DNA of 64,000 nt, from positions 7,587-71,586 of the forward strand of contig DXZO01000005.1 of assembly GCA_019419625.1 (NCBI GenBank), read 5' to 3'. Positions 26,242-35,303 of the stretch are shown here, in pieces (within the stretch, counting starts at the first letter, position 1; each line of letters starts with the position of its first letter). The notes under the pieces were generated by a model. It did not search any database. It saw nothing but the letters and a program-made list of their open reading frames with translations, and was not told where the DNA came from. The stretch is from Collinsella sp. (lineage in GTDB: Bacteria > Actinomycetota > Coriobacteriia > Coriobacteriales > Coriobacteriaceae). The position numbers and the translations under genes are program-made.

Positions 26242-26960
26242 TGCAAAAGGCTATCTATACCACCGTTGGGCTCGACGAGCTTCTGTCGCATGTCCAGGCG
26301 CTCAAGGGCGCCGGTGCCCGCTTTGTGCAGATGCACGCCGAGCGCTGTGTGGACGACGGATCGTATCGCCTGGTCTATACGTTTATCAACGTTCGTGCTG
26401 CTCAGGAGCATATTGCGCAGGACGGCAGCTATGCGATCGAGAACCTGGTGGTTGAGGGAATTGATCAGTACCAGGAGATTCCGTCCATCAGCTCGTACTA
26501 TCCGGCGGTATTCCCGTTTGAAAACGAAGCGCACGACCTATTCGGTCTTGCCATCACCGATATGCAGATCGACTTTAAGGGCTTTTTCTACCAGGTCTCG
26601 ACTGCCGAGCCCATGAGCGTTATCACGCCCGAGGTGAAGGCCGCGCGCGAGAAGGCCATGAAAGTCCGCGCGGCCGCCGAGGCCAAGGCGCGCAAGGCCG
26701 CGGCCGAGAAAGTCGCCGCGGCTGCGGCCGCTGCGGGGAAGGGCGCCGCGGGTGTCGGCGATGCTGCGAGCGTTGCTGCCGTCCAGCCCGCTGCGGCTGC
26801 CGGCTCCGATACTCAGCACGATGAGGCTGCTGCGAAGGCCGCGCTCAAGGCCGCCGAGATGGAGGCAAAGCTCGCCGCCATGGATCCCGAGAAAGCGGCC
26901 AAGGTCCGTGCGGCGCTTGCCGCCAAGGCCGCCCGCGACAAGCAGAAAAAGGAGGCGTAA
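26241..26960 (+). CDS. NuoC/EchD-like 30-kDa-type subunit with ~110-aa Ala/Lys/Glu-rich tail
   Basis: The N-terminal ~125 aa end in YYPAVFPFENEAHDLFGL (NuoC-like). The rest is AAEAKARKAAAEKVAAAAAA... low complexity. The start overlaps the previous stop by 1 nt. Confidence 0.7.
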   Translation: MQKAIYTTVGLDELLSHVQALKGAGARFVQMHAERCVDDGSYRLVYTFINVRAAQEHIAQDGSYAIENLVVEGIDQYQEIPSISSYYPAVFPFENEAHDLFGLAITDMQIDFKGFFYQVSTAEPMSVITPEVKAAREKAMKVRAAAEAKARKAAAEKVAAAAAAAGKGAAGVGDAASVAAVQPAAAAGSDTQHDEAAAKAALKAAEMEAKLAAMDPEKAAKVRAALAAKAARDKQKKEA

Positions 26961-26965
26961 GGCCC

Positions 26966-28054
26966 ATGGCACATCGCTCCGTTATTCCGTTTGGCCCGCA
27001 GCACCCGGTGCTGCCCGAGCCGCTTCATCTGGACCTGGTGATTGAGGACGACCGCGTCATCGAGGCAATTCCGCAGATTGGCTTTGTGCACCGCGGGCTC
27101 GAGAAGCTCACCGAAAAGCGCGACATGCATCAGTTTGGCTACATCGCCGAGCGCATCTGCGGCATTTGCGCCGTGGGCCACAGCTGCGGCTATGCCAGCG
27201 CCTGCGAGCGCATGCTCGACATCGAGGTGCCCGGCCGCGTGCAGTATATCCGCACCATTTTGCACGAGCTTTCGCGCATCCACTCGCATCTATTGTGGCT
27301 GGGCCTGCTCGCCGACGCCTTTGGTTTTGAGGCGCTGTTCTATCGGTCATGGACCCTGCGTGAGCAGATTCTCAAGATCTTTGAGAGCACGTGCGGCGGG
27401 CGCGTGATTCTGTCGATCAACGAGATTGGCGGCCTTAAGCATGATATCGAGGACTCCGAGCTGGCAGGCATTGTCCAGACGCTCGACGCCATGCGCCCCG
27501 ACTACGAGGCCCTGGTGCATACGTTTTTGGACGATGACAGCTGCGGCGAGCGTCTGCACGGCGTGGGCGTGATCAGCAAGAAGGACGCACTGGAGCTTTC
27601 GATGGTCGGCCCGTTCGGCCGCGCCTCGGGCGTGGACTATGACGTGCGCATGTTTGGCGACGGCGCCTATGCGGATTTGGCTGCGTTTGAGCCAATTGTC
27701 GCTACCGATGGCGACTGCTATGCCCGCTGCCAGGTGCGTTGCGCCGAGGTCACGCAGGCTATGGACATCATCAAGGAGCTTGTGGGCAAGATTCCGCACG
27801 ACGGTATCGGCGGGCGCACCAAGCTCACGCCGGCCGACGGCGCGCGCGGCGAGGTTGTGATTGAGCAGCCGCGCGGCGAGGCGTATTACTATGTGCGCGG
27901 CAACGGCACCAAGAACTTGGACCGTTTCCGTGTGCGCACGCCGACGTCGCAGAACCTGGCGGGTCTGACACATGCGCTGCAGGGCGTGCTCCTTGCCAAC
28001 GTGCCCATGATTATCCTGACCATCGACCCCTGCATTAGCTGCACGGAAAGGTAG
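26966..28054 (+). CDS. [NiFe]-hydrogenase large subunit, group 4 (EchE/CooH/NuoD-like)
   Basis: 362 aa. N-terminal Ni-ligand motif RICGICAVGH and C-terminal DPCISCTER at the very end, with no cleavable extension. Starts PFGPQHPVLPEPLHL. Confidence 0.9.
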   Translation: MAHRSVIPFGPQHPVLPEPLHLDLVIEDDRVIEAIPQIGFVHRGLEKLTEKRDMHQFGYIAERICGICAVGHSCGYASACERMLDIEVPGRVQYIRTILHELSRIHSHLLWLGLLADAFGFEALFYRSWTLREQILKIFESTCGGRVILSINEIGGLKHDIEDSELAGIVQTLDAMRPDYEALVHTFLDDDSCGERLHGVGVISKKDALELSMVGPFGRASGVDYDVRMFGDGAYADLAAFEPIVATDGDCYARCQVRCAEVTQAMDIIKELVGKIPHDGIGGRTKLTPADGARGEVVIEQPRGEAYYYVRGNGTKNLDRFRVRTPTSQNLAGLTHALQGVLLANVPMIILTIDPCISCTER

Positions 28055-28061
28055 GCGCGGC

Positions 28062-28403
28062 ATGAGTTTGCTGACATTTGCCAAGACGGCCTTGGGTTCT
28101 ATGGTCAAGCAGCCAGTAACGGTGTGCTATCCGCAGGAGGAGCTGACGGCACCCGAGCGCTTGCGCGGGCGCATCGTCAACGACATGGACGTGTGCATTT
28201 GCTGCGGCATGTGTGCGCGCCGCTGCCCGGCGGGTGCGCTCGCGGTCGATCGCAAGGGCGGAACGTGGTCGATTGACCCGTATGCTTGCGTGGTGTGCGG
28301 CGAGTGCATCGAGAGCTGCCCCAAGCGCTGCCTGACTATGGACACCGCGCGCACTCCAGTCGCGGCGGACAAGACCCCCACGGTAGAAACCAAGCCGGAA
28401 TAG
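28062..28403 (+). CDS. 2x[4Fe-4S] ferredoxin-like subunit (EchF/HycF/NuoI type)
   Basis: 113 aa with CICCGMCARRCP and CVVCGECIESCP. Confidence 0.85.
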   Translation: MSLLTFAKTALGSMVKQPVTVCYPQEELTAPERLRGRIVNDMDVCICCGMCARRCPAGALAVDRKGGTWSIDPYACVVCGECIESCPKRCLTMDTARTPVAADKTPTVETKPE

Positions 28404-28424
28404 CGCTGGAATAGAGCTGGAATA

Positions 28425-28459
28425 GGGGCCGGTGGGGCAAAAATGCCCCACCGGCCCCG
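28425..28459 (+). terminator. Strong hairpin after the hydrogenase operon (no clear T-run)
   Basis: Perfect 14-bp stem GGGGCCGGTGGGGC / GCCCCACCGGCCCC with loop AAAAAT. A better hairpin plus T-run (AAAACCGCAGG..CCTGCGGTTTTT, about 28553-28583) lies inside the next repeat. Confidence 0.5.
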
Positions 28460-28483
28460 CGCTTAAACGCGCGGTTGTGCCGT

Positions 28484-28700
28484 CGCGAACAAAACTATGC
28501 TGGATTACGGGGCTGGATAGCGAACCTCCGACCATGCAGAAAATCGCAAAAACAAAACCGCAGGTAGAACGCCTGCGGTTTTTCATAAAACGCGGTTGTA
28601 GTCGGGGGTATCGGGTCAAACGTAGTAGATGGGCCAGTTTCGTGGCGAGCGGTTCCGGCTGATCCCTTGGGGACGGAGGGAAACGGATCATTTTGGTCCC
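28484..28700. repeat. Mosaic element, chimeric A-end/B-end (related to 13142-13636)
   Basis: Starts with an A-type end (GAACAAAACTATGCTGGATTACGGGG). It contains the terminator-like core. It ends with the B-type module AAACGTAGTAGATGGGCCAGTTTCGTGGCGAGCGG...GGGACGGAGGGAAACGGATC. Confidence 0.8.
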
Positions 28701-28732
28701 GCGAGGCTGGCGGAGGCACTCGTGCAGGGCCG

Positions 28733-28898
28733 CCCGAACAAAACTATGCCGGTTTACGGGGCTGAGTCACGAGTCCCCAACCATGCCGATATTCGTGAAA
28801 ATAAAATCGCAGGTAGACGAGCCGTCATTTTGCAGAAAACGCGGGTATGGATGGGGGTCCTGAGTTTAGCCCCGTAAACCGGCATAGTTTTGAAATGG
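28733..28898. repeat. Type A mosaic element, inverted relative to 13142-13307
   Basis: Ends are ACAAAACTATGCCGGTTTACGGGG and CCCCGTAAACCGGCATAGTTTTGAAATGG. By eye, the interior matches the reverse complement of the 13.2-kb copy. Confidence 0.85.
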
Positions 28899-28952
28899 TA
28901 TTAAATCGGTGGCAGCCATTTTGCTATGCCGGGGCGGTCAGTCGTTGGGCAA

Positions 28953-29582
28953 CTACCCTCGCAGGTAGGCGATGGCGATCTGCGTGCGGTTGCGCAGGCC
29001 CATCTTTGCAAGGATCGAGCTGATGTGGTTGCGCACGGTGCCTTCGCCCATGTAGGCGGTGGCGGCGATCTCCTTGTTGTCGAGGCCGCGGGCGATGAGC
29101 TCGGCGACTTCGAACTCGCGGTCGGTTAGGCCGGCAAAGGCTGCGGGCCGGCGGGGCGCGTCGGCTTCGGTGTCCGCCCCATCAAAATCGATGTCCTCGA
29201 TCGCCTTGCCTTCGAGCACACGTTTGCCATCCATGACCTGCGCCAACGCTGGCGGAATGGCGGCGACATCGGTTTTAATCAGGTAGCCGCGGGCGCCCAG
29301 CTTGAGCGCCGACACAATGTATTCGTCATCCGAAAACGTCGTCAGAAACACCACGCGCGCCGCAGGGTCGCGCTCAAGGATTTCGCGTGCCGCCGAAAGG
29401 CCGTCGCGTCCCGGCATCTGGATGTCGAGCAGCGCGATATCGGGTGCGTGCTCAGCGTAGAGCGCGACCGCTTCGTCGCCATTGGCGCCGGTGCCCACTA
29501 CCTCGATTTGCGGCTGGGCGCCCAGGATAATCTTGAGCGAATCGACCACCAAGCGGTCGTCGTCGACAACGATGAGCCTCAT
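28953..29582 (-). CDS. Two-component response regulator, NarL/LuxR family
   Basis: REC domain (MRLIVVDDD...DIALLDIQMPGRDG) plus a LuxR HTH (LTDREFEVAELIARGLDNKEIAATAYMGEGTVRNHISSILAKMG). Confidence 0.9.
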   Translation of the reverse strand: MRLIVVDDDRLVVDSLKIILGAQPQIEVVGTGANGDEAVALYAEHAPDIALLDIQMPGRDGLSAAREILERDPAARVVFLTTFSDDEYIVSALKLGARGYLIKTDVAAIPPALAQVMDGKRVLEGKAIEDIDFDGADTEADAPRRPAAFAGLTDREFEVAELIARGLDNKEIAATAYMGEGTVRNHISSILAKMGLRNRTQIAIAYLRG

Positions 29583-30724
29583 CGGTCCTCATCTCCTTGC
29601 TGTTTGGGAATGGTGGCAAACACGCGCCAACCGGGGGAGCCGGCGCGCGGGCCGGCGGTGAAGGTGCCGCCAAGCGCCTCAATGCGCTCGCGCATGGAGG
29701 CGAGCCCCATGCCCTCCGCGGCGCCGCGGCCGCTTGCTTGGGCCCCGCCCACGCCATCGTCGGTAACGATGAGCTGGTAAAACGATGGATGCTCCAAGCA
29801 TCGCACAGCAACGTTTTGCGCGCGGGCGTGGCGCATGGCGTTGGAGAGCGCCTCGCGCAGGACCGCCGAAAAGCAGTTTGCGACATTTGCGGGCGCATGC
29901 TCGGCCAAAACTTCAAGCTCAATCTGCGGGCCGCCATCCGAGCGCGCGCCTTCAACAATGCGTTCGAGCTGCACGGAAAGGTCGACGGCGTTGTCGTTGA
30001 GCGCATGGACGCTGGCGCGTACGAGCTGGAGCGCCTCGTCAACCGTGCGTTTGACGTCGGCGAAATCGGCGGCGACGCCGGGCTCGTCGGCGTGGACCAC
30101 GCGCAGGGCTTCGGCCTGTAGCGAGGCGCGCGTGAGCTGGTGGCCGACGTTATCGTGGATCTCGCGCGCGATGCGGGCGCGTTCGGCGAGCGTCGCGAGC
30201 TGGACTTCGTAGTCCTGGCGGTCGGCAAGATCGCGGTTGCGCGCCTCGAGCGCGAGGGCTCGTTCCTGCAGCTCGTCGCGGGTACGGCGCATGCGCTGCT
30301 GCTCGCGCTCCAACTGGGCGGTGCGTAGCGATAGCAAGGTGGCGGCAACCGAAAGGATGGCGGCCAGCAGAAGCGTTCGGGCGGTAAGCGCGTCGGCGCG
30401 AAGGTCCGCGACGAGCGCAAAGGCAAAGACGGAACCAATGCCCAGCGCGACCCAAACGCGTTCACGGCGCATCCGCCGCGCGATGTCATAGAAGGCGAGA
30501 GGCGCAAACGGCACAAACGGCGGCACGAAGACGGCCGCGATGATGTAAATGTAGCTCGCGGCTTCGCTTGCGCGGCGCGTGCGTTCCCCCTGTGCGACCT
30601 CGGCCAGTGAGGCGGCAATAACGCCAAGGCAAAACGCCGCGACCAGGCGAGCGTCCACAGCAAGACCCATGGCGGCTGCGATACAGCACGCCAGCACGAT
30701 CGATTTGTCGAAAAGCCTGTTCAT
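29579..30724 (-). CDS. Membrane sensor histidine kinase, HisKA_3 (DesK/LiaS/LnrJ-like)
   Basis: Several N-terminal TM helices, an H-box RIAREIHDNVGHQLT and a HATPase_c region (LREALSNAMRHA...DDGVG). Start at the ATG at 30724. Overlaps the RR gene by 4 nt. Confidence 0.88.
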   Translation of the reverse strand: MNRLFDKSIVLACCIAAAMGLAVDARLVAAFCLGVIAASLAEVAQGERTRRASEAASYIYIIAAVFVPPFVPFAPLAFYDIARRMRRERVWVALGIGSVFAFALVADLRADALTARTLLLAAILSVAATLLSLRTAQLEREQQRMRRTRDELQERALALEARNRDLADRQDYEVQLATLAERARIAREIHDNVGHQLTRASLQAEALRVVHADEPGVAADFADVKRTVDEALQLVRASVHALNDNAVDLSVQLERIVEGARSDGGPQIELEVLAEHAPANVANCFSAVLREALSNAMRHARAQNVAVRCLEHPSFYQLIVTDDGVGGAQASGRGAAEGMGLASMRERIEALGGTFTAGPRAGSPGWRVFATIPKQQGDEDR

Positions 30725-30923
30725 ACGGGTATTGTACGCGAAGCCGCGCGTGGTGGAGGAGTCGCCAGCGCAACCGTGACATTCCTCCCGCGCGGCAAAG
30801 CGGGGGCGCCGGCAGGCCGCACGACCAAGACCCCCGCACTCGTGACAAAGCTCACTGGTGCGCGCCGGCGGCTCCTGCGATGATGCAATCGTACCGGGCC
30901 GCAATCAACAGAAGGGCCGCCTC

Positions 30924-31862
30924 ATGACAGACATCGTCCACGTCGAAAACCTCGTCAAGCGCTACGACGACCTTATCGCGCTCGACCACTTTAACCTGAG
31001 CATCGCCCCCGGCGAGATTTTTGGCCTGCTGGGCCCCAACGGCTCGGGCAAGACTACGTCCATCAACTGCGTCCTGCAGCTGCTCGCCTACGACAAGGGA
31101 ATCATCGAGCTGTTCGGCGAGCCCATGACGCCCACCCGCTACGACCTCAAGCGCCGCATCGGCGTGGTGCCGCAGCAGGTGGCGGTGTTCGACGAGCTCA
31201 CCGTGCGCGAGAACATCGACTATTTCTGCAGCCTTTACGTTAGCGACCGCAAGCGCCGCCGCGCGCTGGTGGACGAGGCGATCGACTTTGTCGGCCTGGG
31301 CGACTTTACCAAGTTCCGCCCCGGCAAGCTCTCGGGCGGCCTGGCGCGTCGCCTCAACATCGCCTGCGGCATCGCGCACAAGCCCGAGCTCATCTTCTTT
31401 GACGAGCCCACGGTGGCAGTCGACCCGCAGAGTCGCAACGCCATCCTGGAGGGCATCTGCCGCTTGCGCGACGAGGGCGCCACGGTGGTGTATACCAGCC
31501 ATTACATGGAGGAAGTCGAGCAGATTTGCAGCCGCATCATGATCATGGACGGCGGACGTGTGCTGGCGCAGGGCACTAACGACGAGCTCAAGCGCATGAT
31601 TCAGATGGGCGAGAAGATTGTAATCGAGGTCGGCGAGGTTCCGAGTGCGGCGCTCGGTGCCGTCGCAAGCCTGCCGCACGTTCTGGACCTTTCGGCAACG
31701 GCGGGACAGCTCACGTTTTCGTGCGAAGCGAGCCCGCACAACCTGACGGACATTCTCGATGCGCTGCGCTCGCATGACGTGCCGCTCGGCCGCATCTATT
31801 CCGAACCGCCGACCCTCAACGACGTGTTCCTCGAGATCACCGGCCGCGAGCTGCGCGACTAG
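30924..31862 (+). CDS. ABC transporter ATP-binding protein (ABC-2 exporter type)
   Basis: GLLGPNGSGKTT, LSGGLARRL and LIFFDEPT motifs. Divergent from the two-component system. Confidence 0.9.
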   Translation: MTDIVHVENLVKRYDDLIALDHFNLSIAPGEIFGLLGPNGSGKTTSINCVLQLLAYDKGIIELFGEPMTPTRYDLKRRIGVVPQQVAVFDELTVRENIDYFCSLYVSDRKRRRALVDEAIDFVGLGDFTKFRPGKLSGGLARRLNIACGIAHKPELIFFDEPTVAVDPQSRNAILEGICRLRDEGATVVYTSHYMEEVEQICSRIMIMDGGRVLAQGTNDELKRMIQMGEKIVIEVGEVPSAALGAVASLPHVLDLSATAGQLTFSCEASPHNLTDILDALRSHDVPLGRIYSEPPTLNDVFLEITGRELRD

Positions 31863-31871
31863 GGGGCGGCC

Positions 31872-33059
31872 ATGTTCAACACCATCATCACCACGGTCAA
31901 GACGCTGCTGCGCCGGCCGAGCACGTGGGTCTGGGGCGCTCTCTTTCCTATTGCGCTTTCCACGATGTTCATGTTTATGTTTGCGAACCTCAGCTCCGAC
32001 GGCACGGTCGACCCGGTGCCGGTTACCGTCGTGGCGGACGAGGCCTGGGATGCCTCGACCTTTAAGGACGTGGCAGCTTCGCTTGCCAAGGCAGGCGACG
32101 ACCAGCTGCTCGATGTGAGCGAGTACGAAGACTTGGCTGCCGCGCGCAAAGCGCTCAAGGCCGGCGAGGTCGCGGGCATCTATATGGTCGATGCCGCGGG
32201 CACGCCCAGGCTCACGCTGCTATCGAGTTACGACAGCTCGCGCGCCTCGTCGGTGCTCACCGACCGCAGCATCCTTGAAACGGTGGCAAGCTCGTATACG
32301 CAAAATACCGAGCTCATGCGCCAGATTGCCCAGGACAACCCGGTGGCGCTCGCCGACCCCGAGGCGGTTACGCGCGCCCTGTCGCTCGAGGGCGGCACCC
32401 GCCGCGTAAGCCTGACACGAACCACGCCCGATGGCACGGTCATCTACTACTACGCGCTCTTTGGCCTGGTCGCGATGATGTCTGCCGAGTTTGCCGCCTT
32501 GAGCGTCGTCGATTTGCAGCCTAATTTGTCGGGCCTTGGCGCGCGCCGCTGCGTGGGCGGTCTTTCCAAGACGGCGTCGCTGGCCGGCATTTTTGTCGGC
32601 TCGTGGCTGGTTTCCTTTGCATCGATGGCGGTTGCGATCGGCTACGTGCGCCTGGTCGTGGGCGTCGACTTTGGCGGGCGCGAGGGGTTGTGCCTGCTGG
32701 GCGGGGCTGCATCCGCGCTTGCCGCCACGGGCCTGGGGCTTTTTGTGGGCACGCTTCCCGTTAAGGGCGGCAAGGCATCCAAGTCGGGCATCCTCACGGG
32801 CTTTGCCACCACGTGCGCTTTGTTCGCCGGGCTCTACGGCGAGCCGGCGATGGCGCTTGCCGACGACGTCGCTCGCGCCTGCCCGGCCGAGTGCTGGCTC
32901 AATCCCGTCAAGCTCATCTGCGACATGTTCAATCGCCTGTATTTTTTTGAGGACCTGGGGCCCTTCGCTGTTCGCGCCGGCGCGCTGGTCCTCATGGCCC
33001 TGGTGTTTGTTGCCGCCGCTACGCTGATCTTTGGAAGGAGCCGCTATGAGCACCTTTAA
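31872..33059 (+). CDS. ABC-2 family permease 1
   Basis: 395 aa. One N-terminal TM helix, a large extracytoplasmic loop, then about 5 C-terminal TM helices. Confidence 0.75.
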   Translation: MFNTIITTVKTLLRRPSTWVWGALFPIALSTMFMFMFANLSSDGTVDPVPVTVVADEAWDASTFKDVAASLAKAGDDQLLDVSEYEDLAAARKALKAGEVAGIYMVDAAGTPRLTLLSSYDSSRASSVLTDRSILETVASSYTQNTELMRQIAQDNPVALADPEAVTRALSLEGGTRRVSLTRTTPDGTVIYYYALFGLVAMMSAEFAALSVVDLQPNLSGLGARRCVGGLSKTASLAGIFVGSWLVSFASMAVAIGYVRLVVGVDFGGREGLCLLGGAASALAATGLGLFVGTLPVKGGKASKSGILTGFATTCALFAGLYGEPAMALADDVARACPAECWLNPVKLICDMFNRLYFFEDLGPFAVRAGALVLMALVFVAAATLIFGRSRYEHL

Positions 33060-34251
33060 GACCGCGCTTCGCATGGCGCTGGCGCACCCGTTCTACCTGC
33101 TCATCTACACGGTGTTTATCTCGCTGATGGGCGTGTTCATCGCGGCTTCGGTGAGCTGGAACTCGTCGCAGCTTACCGAGTACAAGCCCTACGACACCAA
33201 CGTGATCGTGGTCGACCGCGACAATAGCGACCTTTCGCGAGCGCTTACCAAGCACCTGGGTTCGCGTTTTGAGCTGGTCACGGGCATCGGCGACGATACA
33301 TACGATCTTGCGGACGCGCTCTCCAAGAGCAACAGCGCCAAGGGTAGCGCCGACTGCGTGTTCTTTATCCCGGAGGGGTTTGAGGACGATCTTGTTGCAG
33401 CCGCCCGTGCGGGGGAGGCCCTGCCCAAGCTCGATGTGACCTACGGCGCTGGCACCATGGCGGCTGCGCTTTCGTCTGCCGAGGCCTCGCGCTGGATCTC
33501 GCTCGCGGGCGCCGCGGCGGCGCTTGAACCCGCTGCCTCCAACGGCGACGTCGCAAGGGCCGCCGAGCACGCGGCCGCAAAGCGCGCGGAGGTCCAGATC
33601 GAGCAGGTCAAGGTCGACTCGACTGCTGCTACCACGCTCGAGTCGTACTTCAACTTTGGCGCGTACGCGATCATCTCGTCGGTCATCGTGTCGGTAGGAC
33701 TGGTGTTTTCGGGCATGAACGAGCCCGAGCGCGTGCGCCGCATGGATGCCAGCCCGGTCTCTGAGCGCCAGCGTTCGCTCGCTGTGTTCGCGGCCGCCGC
33801 CGTGCTCACCGTCTGCATCTGGCTCGTGTCGAGCATGATGGGCGTCGTGGGCTTTGCCAGCGCGGTTGCCGAGGTCGGCGTGGGTCGCGTGTGCCTGGCG
33901 GTGGCGGCAACGTTTGCCCTGGCGTGCACGCCGCTGGCTGTTGGCTTTACGCTGTCGAGCCTGGGCGCGCGCGAGGAGCTGCTCAACGGTGTGGGCAACC
34001 TGCTCGGCATGCTCATGACGTTTTTGGGCGGCGCCTGGATGCCGCTGTCGCTCATGGGCTCGGCCGTGCAGACGGTGGCGCACTTTGTGCCGACGTATTG
34101 GGTGAACGACGCGATCGGCAAGGCGCTCGCCGCGGACCTGACGTCCACCGTGCTGGGCGACATCGCCTGCGATCTGGGCGTCACGGTGCTCTTCGCCGCC
34201 GCCATCGCCGCCGTAGGCCTGGCCCTCACCCGCGCCAAATCCCACGCCTAG
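33046..34251 (+). CDS. ABC-2 family permease 2
   Basis: Same topology as the preceding gene. ATG at 33046 with a GGAAGGAG SD. Overlaps the preceding gene by 14 nt. Confidence 0.75.
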   Translation: MSTFKTALRMALAHPFYLLIYTVFISLMGVFIAASVSWNSSQLTEYKPYDTNVIVVDRDNSDLSRALTKHLGSRFELVTGIGDDTYDLADALSKSNSAKGSADCVFFIPEGFEDDLVAAARAGEALPKLDVTYGAGTMAAALSSAEASRWISLAGAAAALEPAASNGDVARAAEHAAAKRAEVQIEQVKVDSTAATTLESYFNFGAYAIISSVIVSVGLVFSGMNEPERVRRMDASPVSERQRSLAVFAAAAVLTVCIWLVSSMMGVVGFASAVAEVGVGRVCLAVAATFALACTPLAVGFTLSSLGAREELLNGVGNLLGMLMTFLGGAWMPLSLMGSAVQTVAHFVPTYWVNDAIGKALAADLTSTVLGDIACDLGVTVLFAAAIAAVGLALTRAKSHA

Positions 34252-34258
34252 CTACCTG

Positions 34259-34474
34259 GTCATCGGGGACGTTCTTAAACGGCTAGTCATCGGAGACAGT
34301 CTTTGTCGATTCGCCGGCTCGTCGGCCGGGTTGGCAAGGGCTGTCCCTATCTGCCGGGTGGCGAAGAGCGTCCCTAGCGGCACTCATTGGGGACCACTCA
34401 TTGGGGACAGACTTAAATGAGTGGTTTCAGTCATTTAAGTCTGTCCCCAATGAGTAAAGTCTGTCCCCAATGAG
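34259..34474. repeat. Cluster of GTCCCCAA-family repeats including a perfect 24-25-bp palindrome
   Basis: 34259-34296 is a reverse-orientation copy of TAGYCGTTTAAGAACGTCCCCRATGAC. CTCATTGGGGACAGACTTAAATGA (34397-34420) is the exact reverse complement of 34431-34454. Partial extra copies lie at 34383-34394 and 34456-34474. Confidence 0.85.
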
Positions 34475-34581
34475 TACCCAATGACTGGTTTGGAAAAATG
34501 TGCGCCTGTCGCTTAAAAATAGTTCGCCTGGGTTTACTATTACCTTAGAAAAGTAGCAGAAGGCTAACAACGGGGGATAGC

Positions 34582-35295
<714 letters not shown>

Positions 35296-35303
35296 GCGGC
35301 GCC

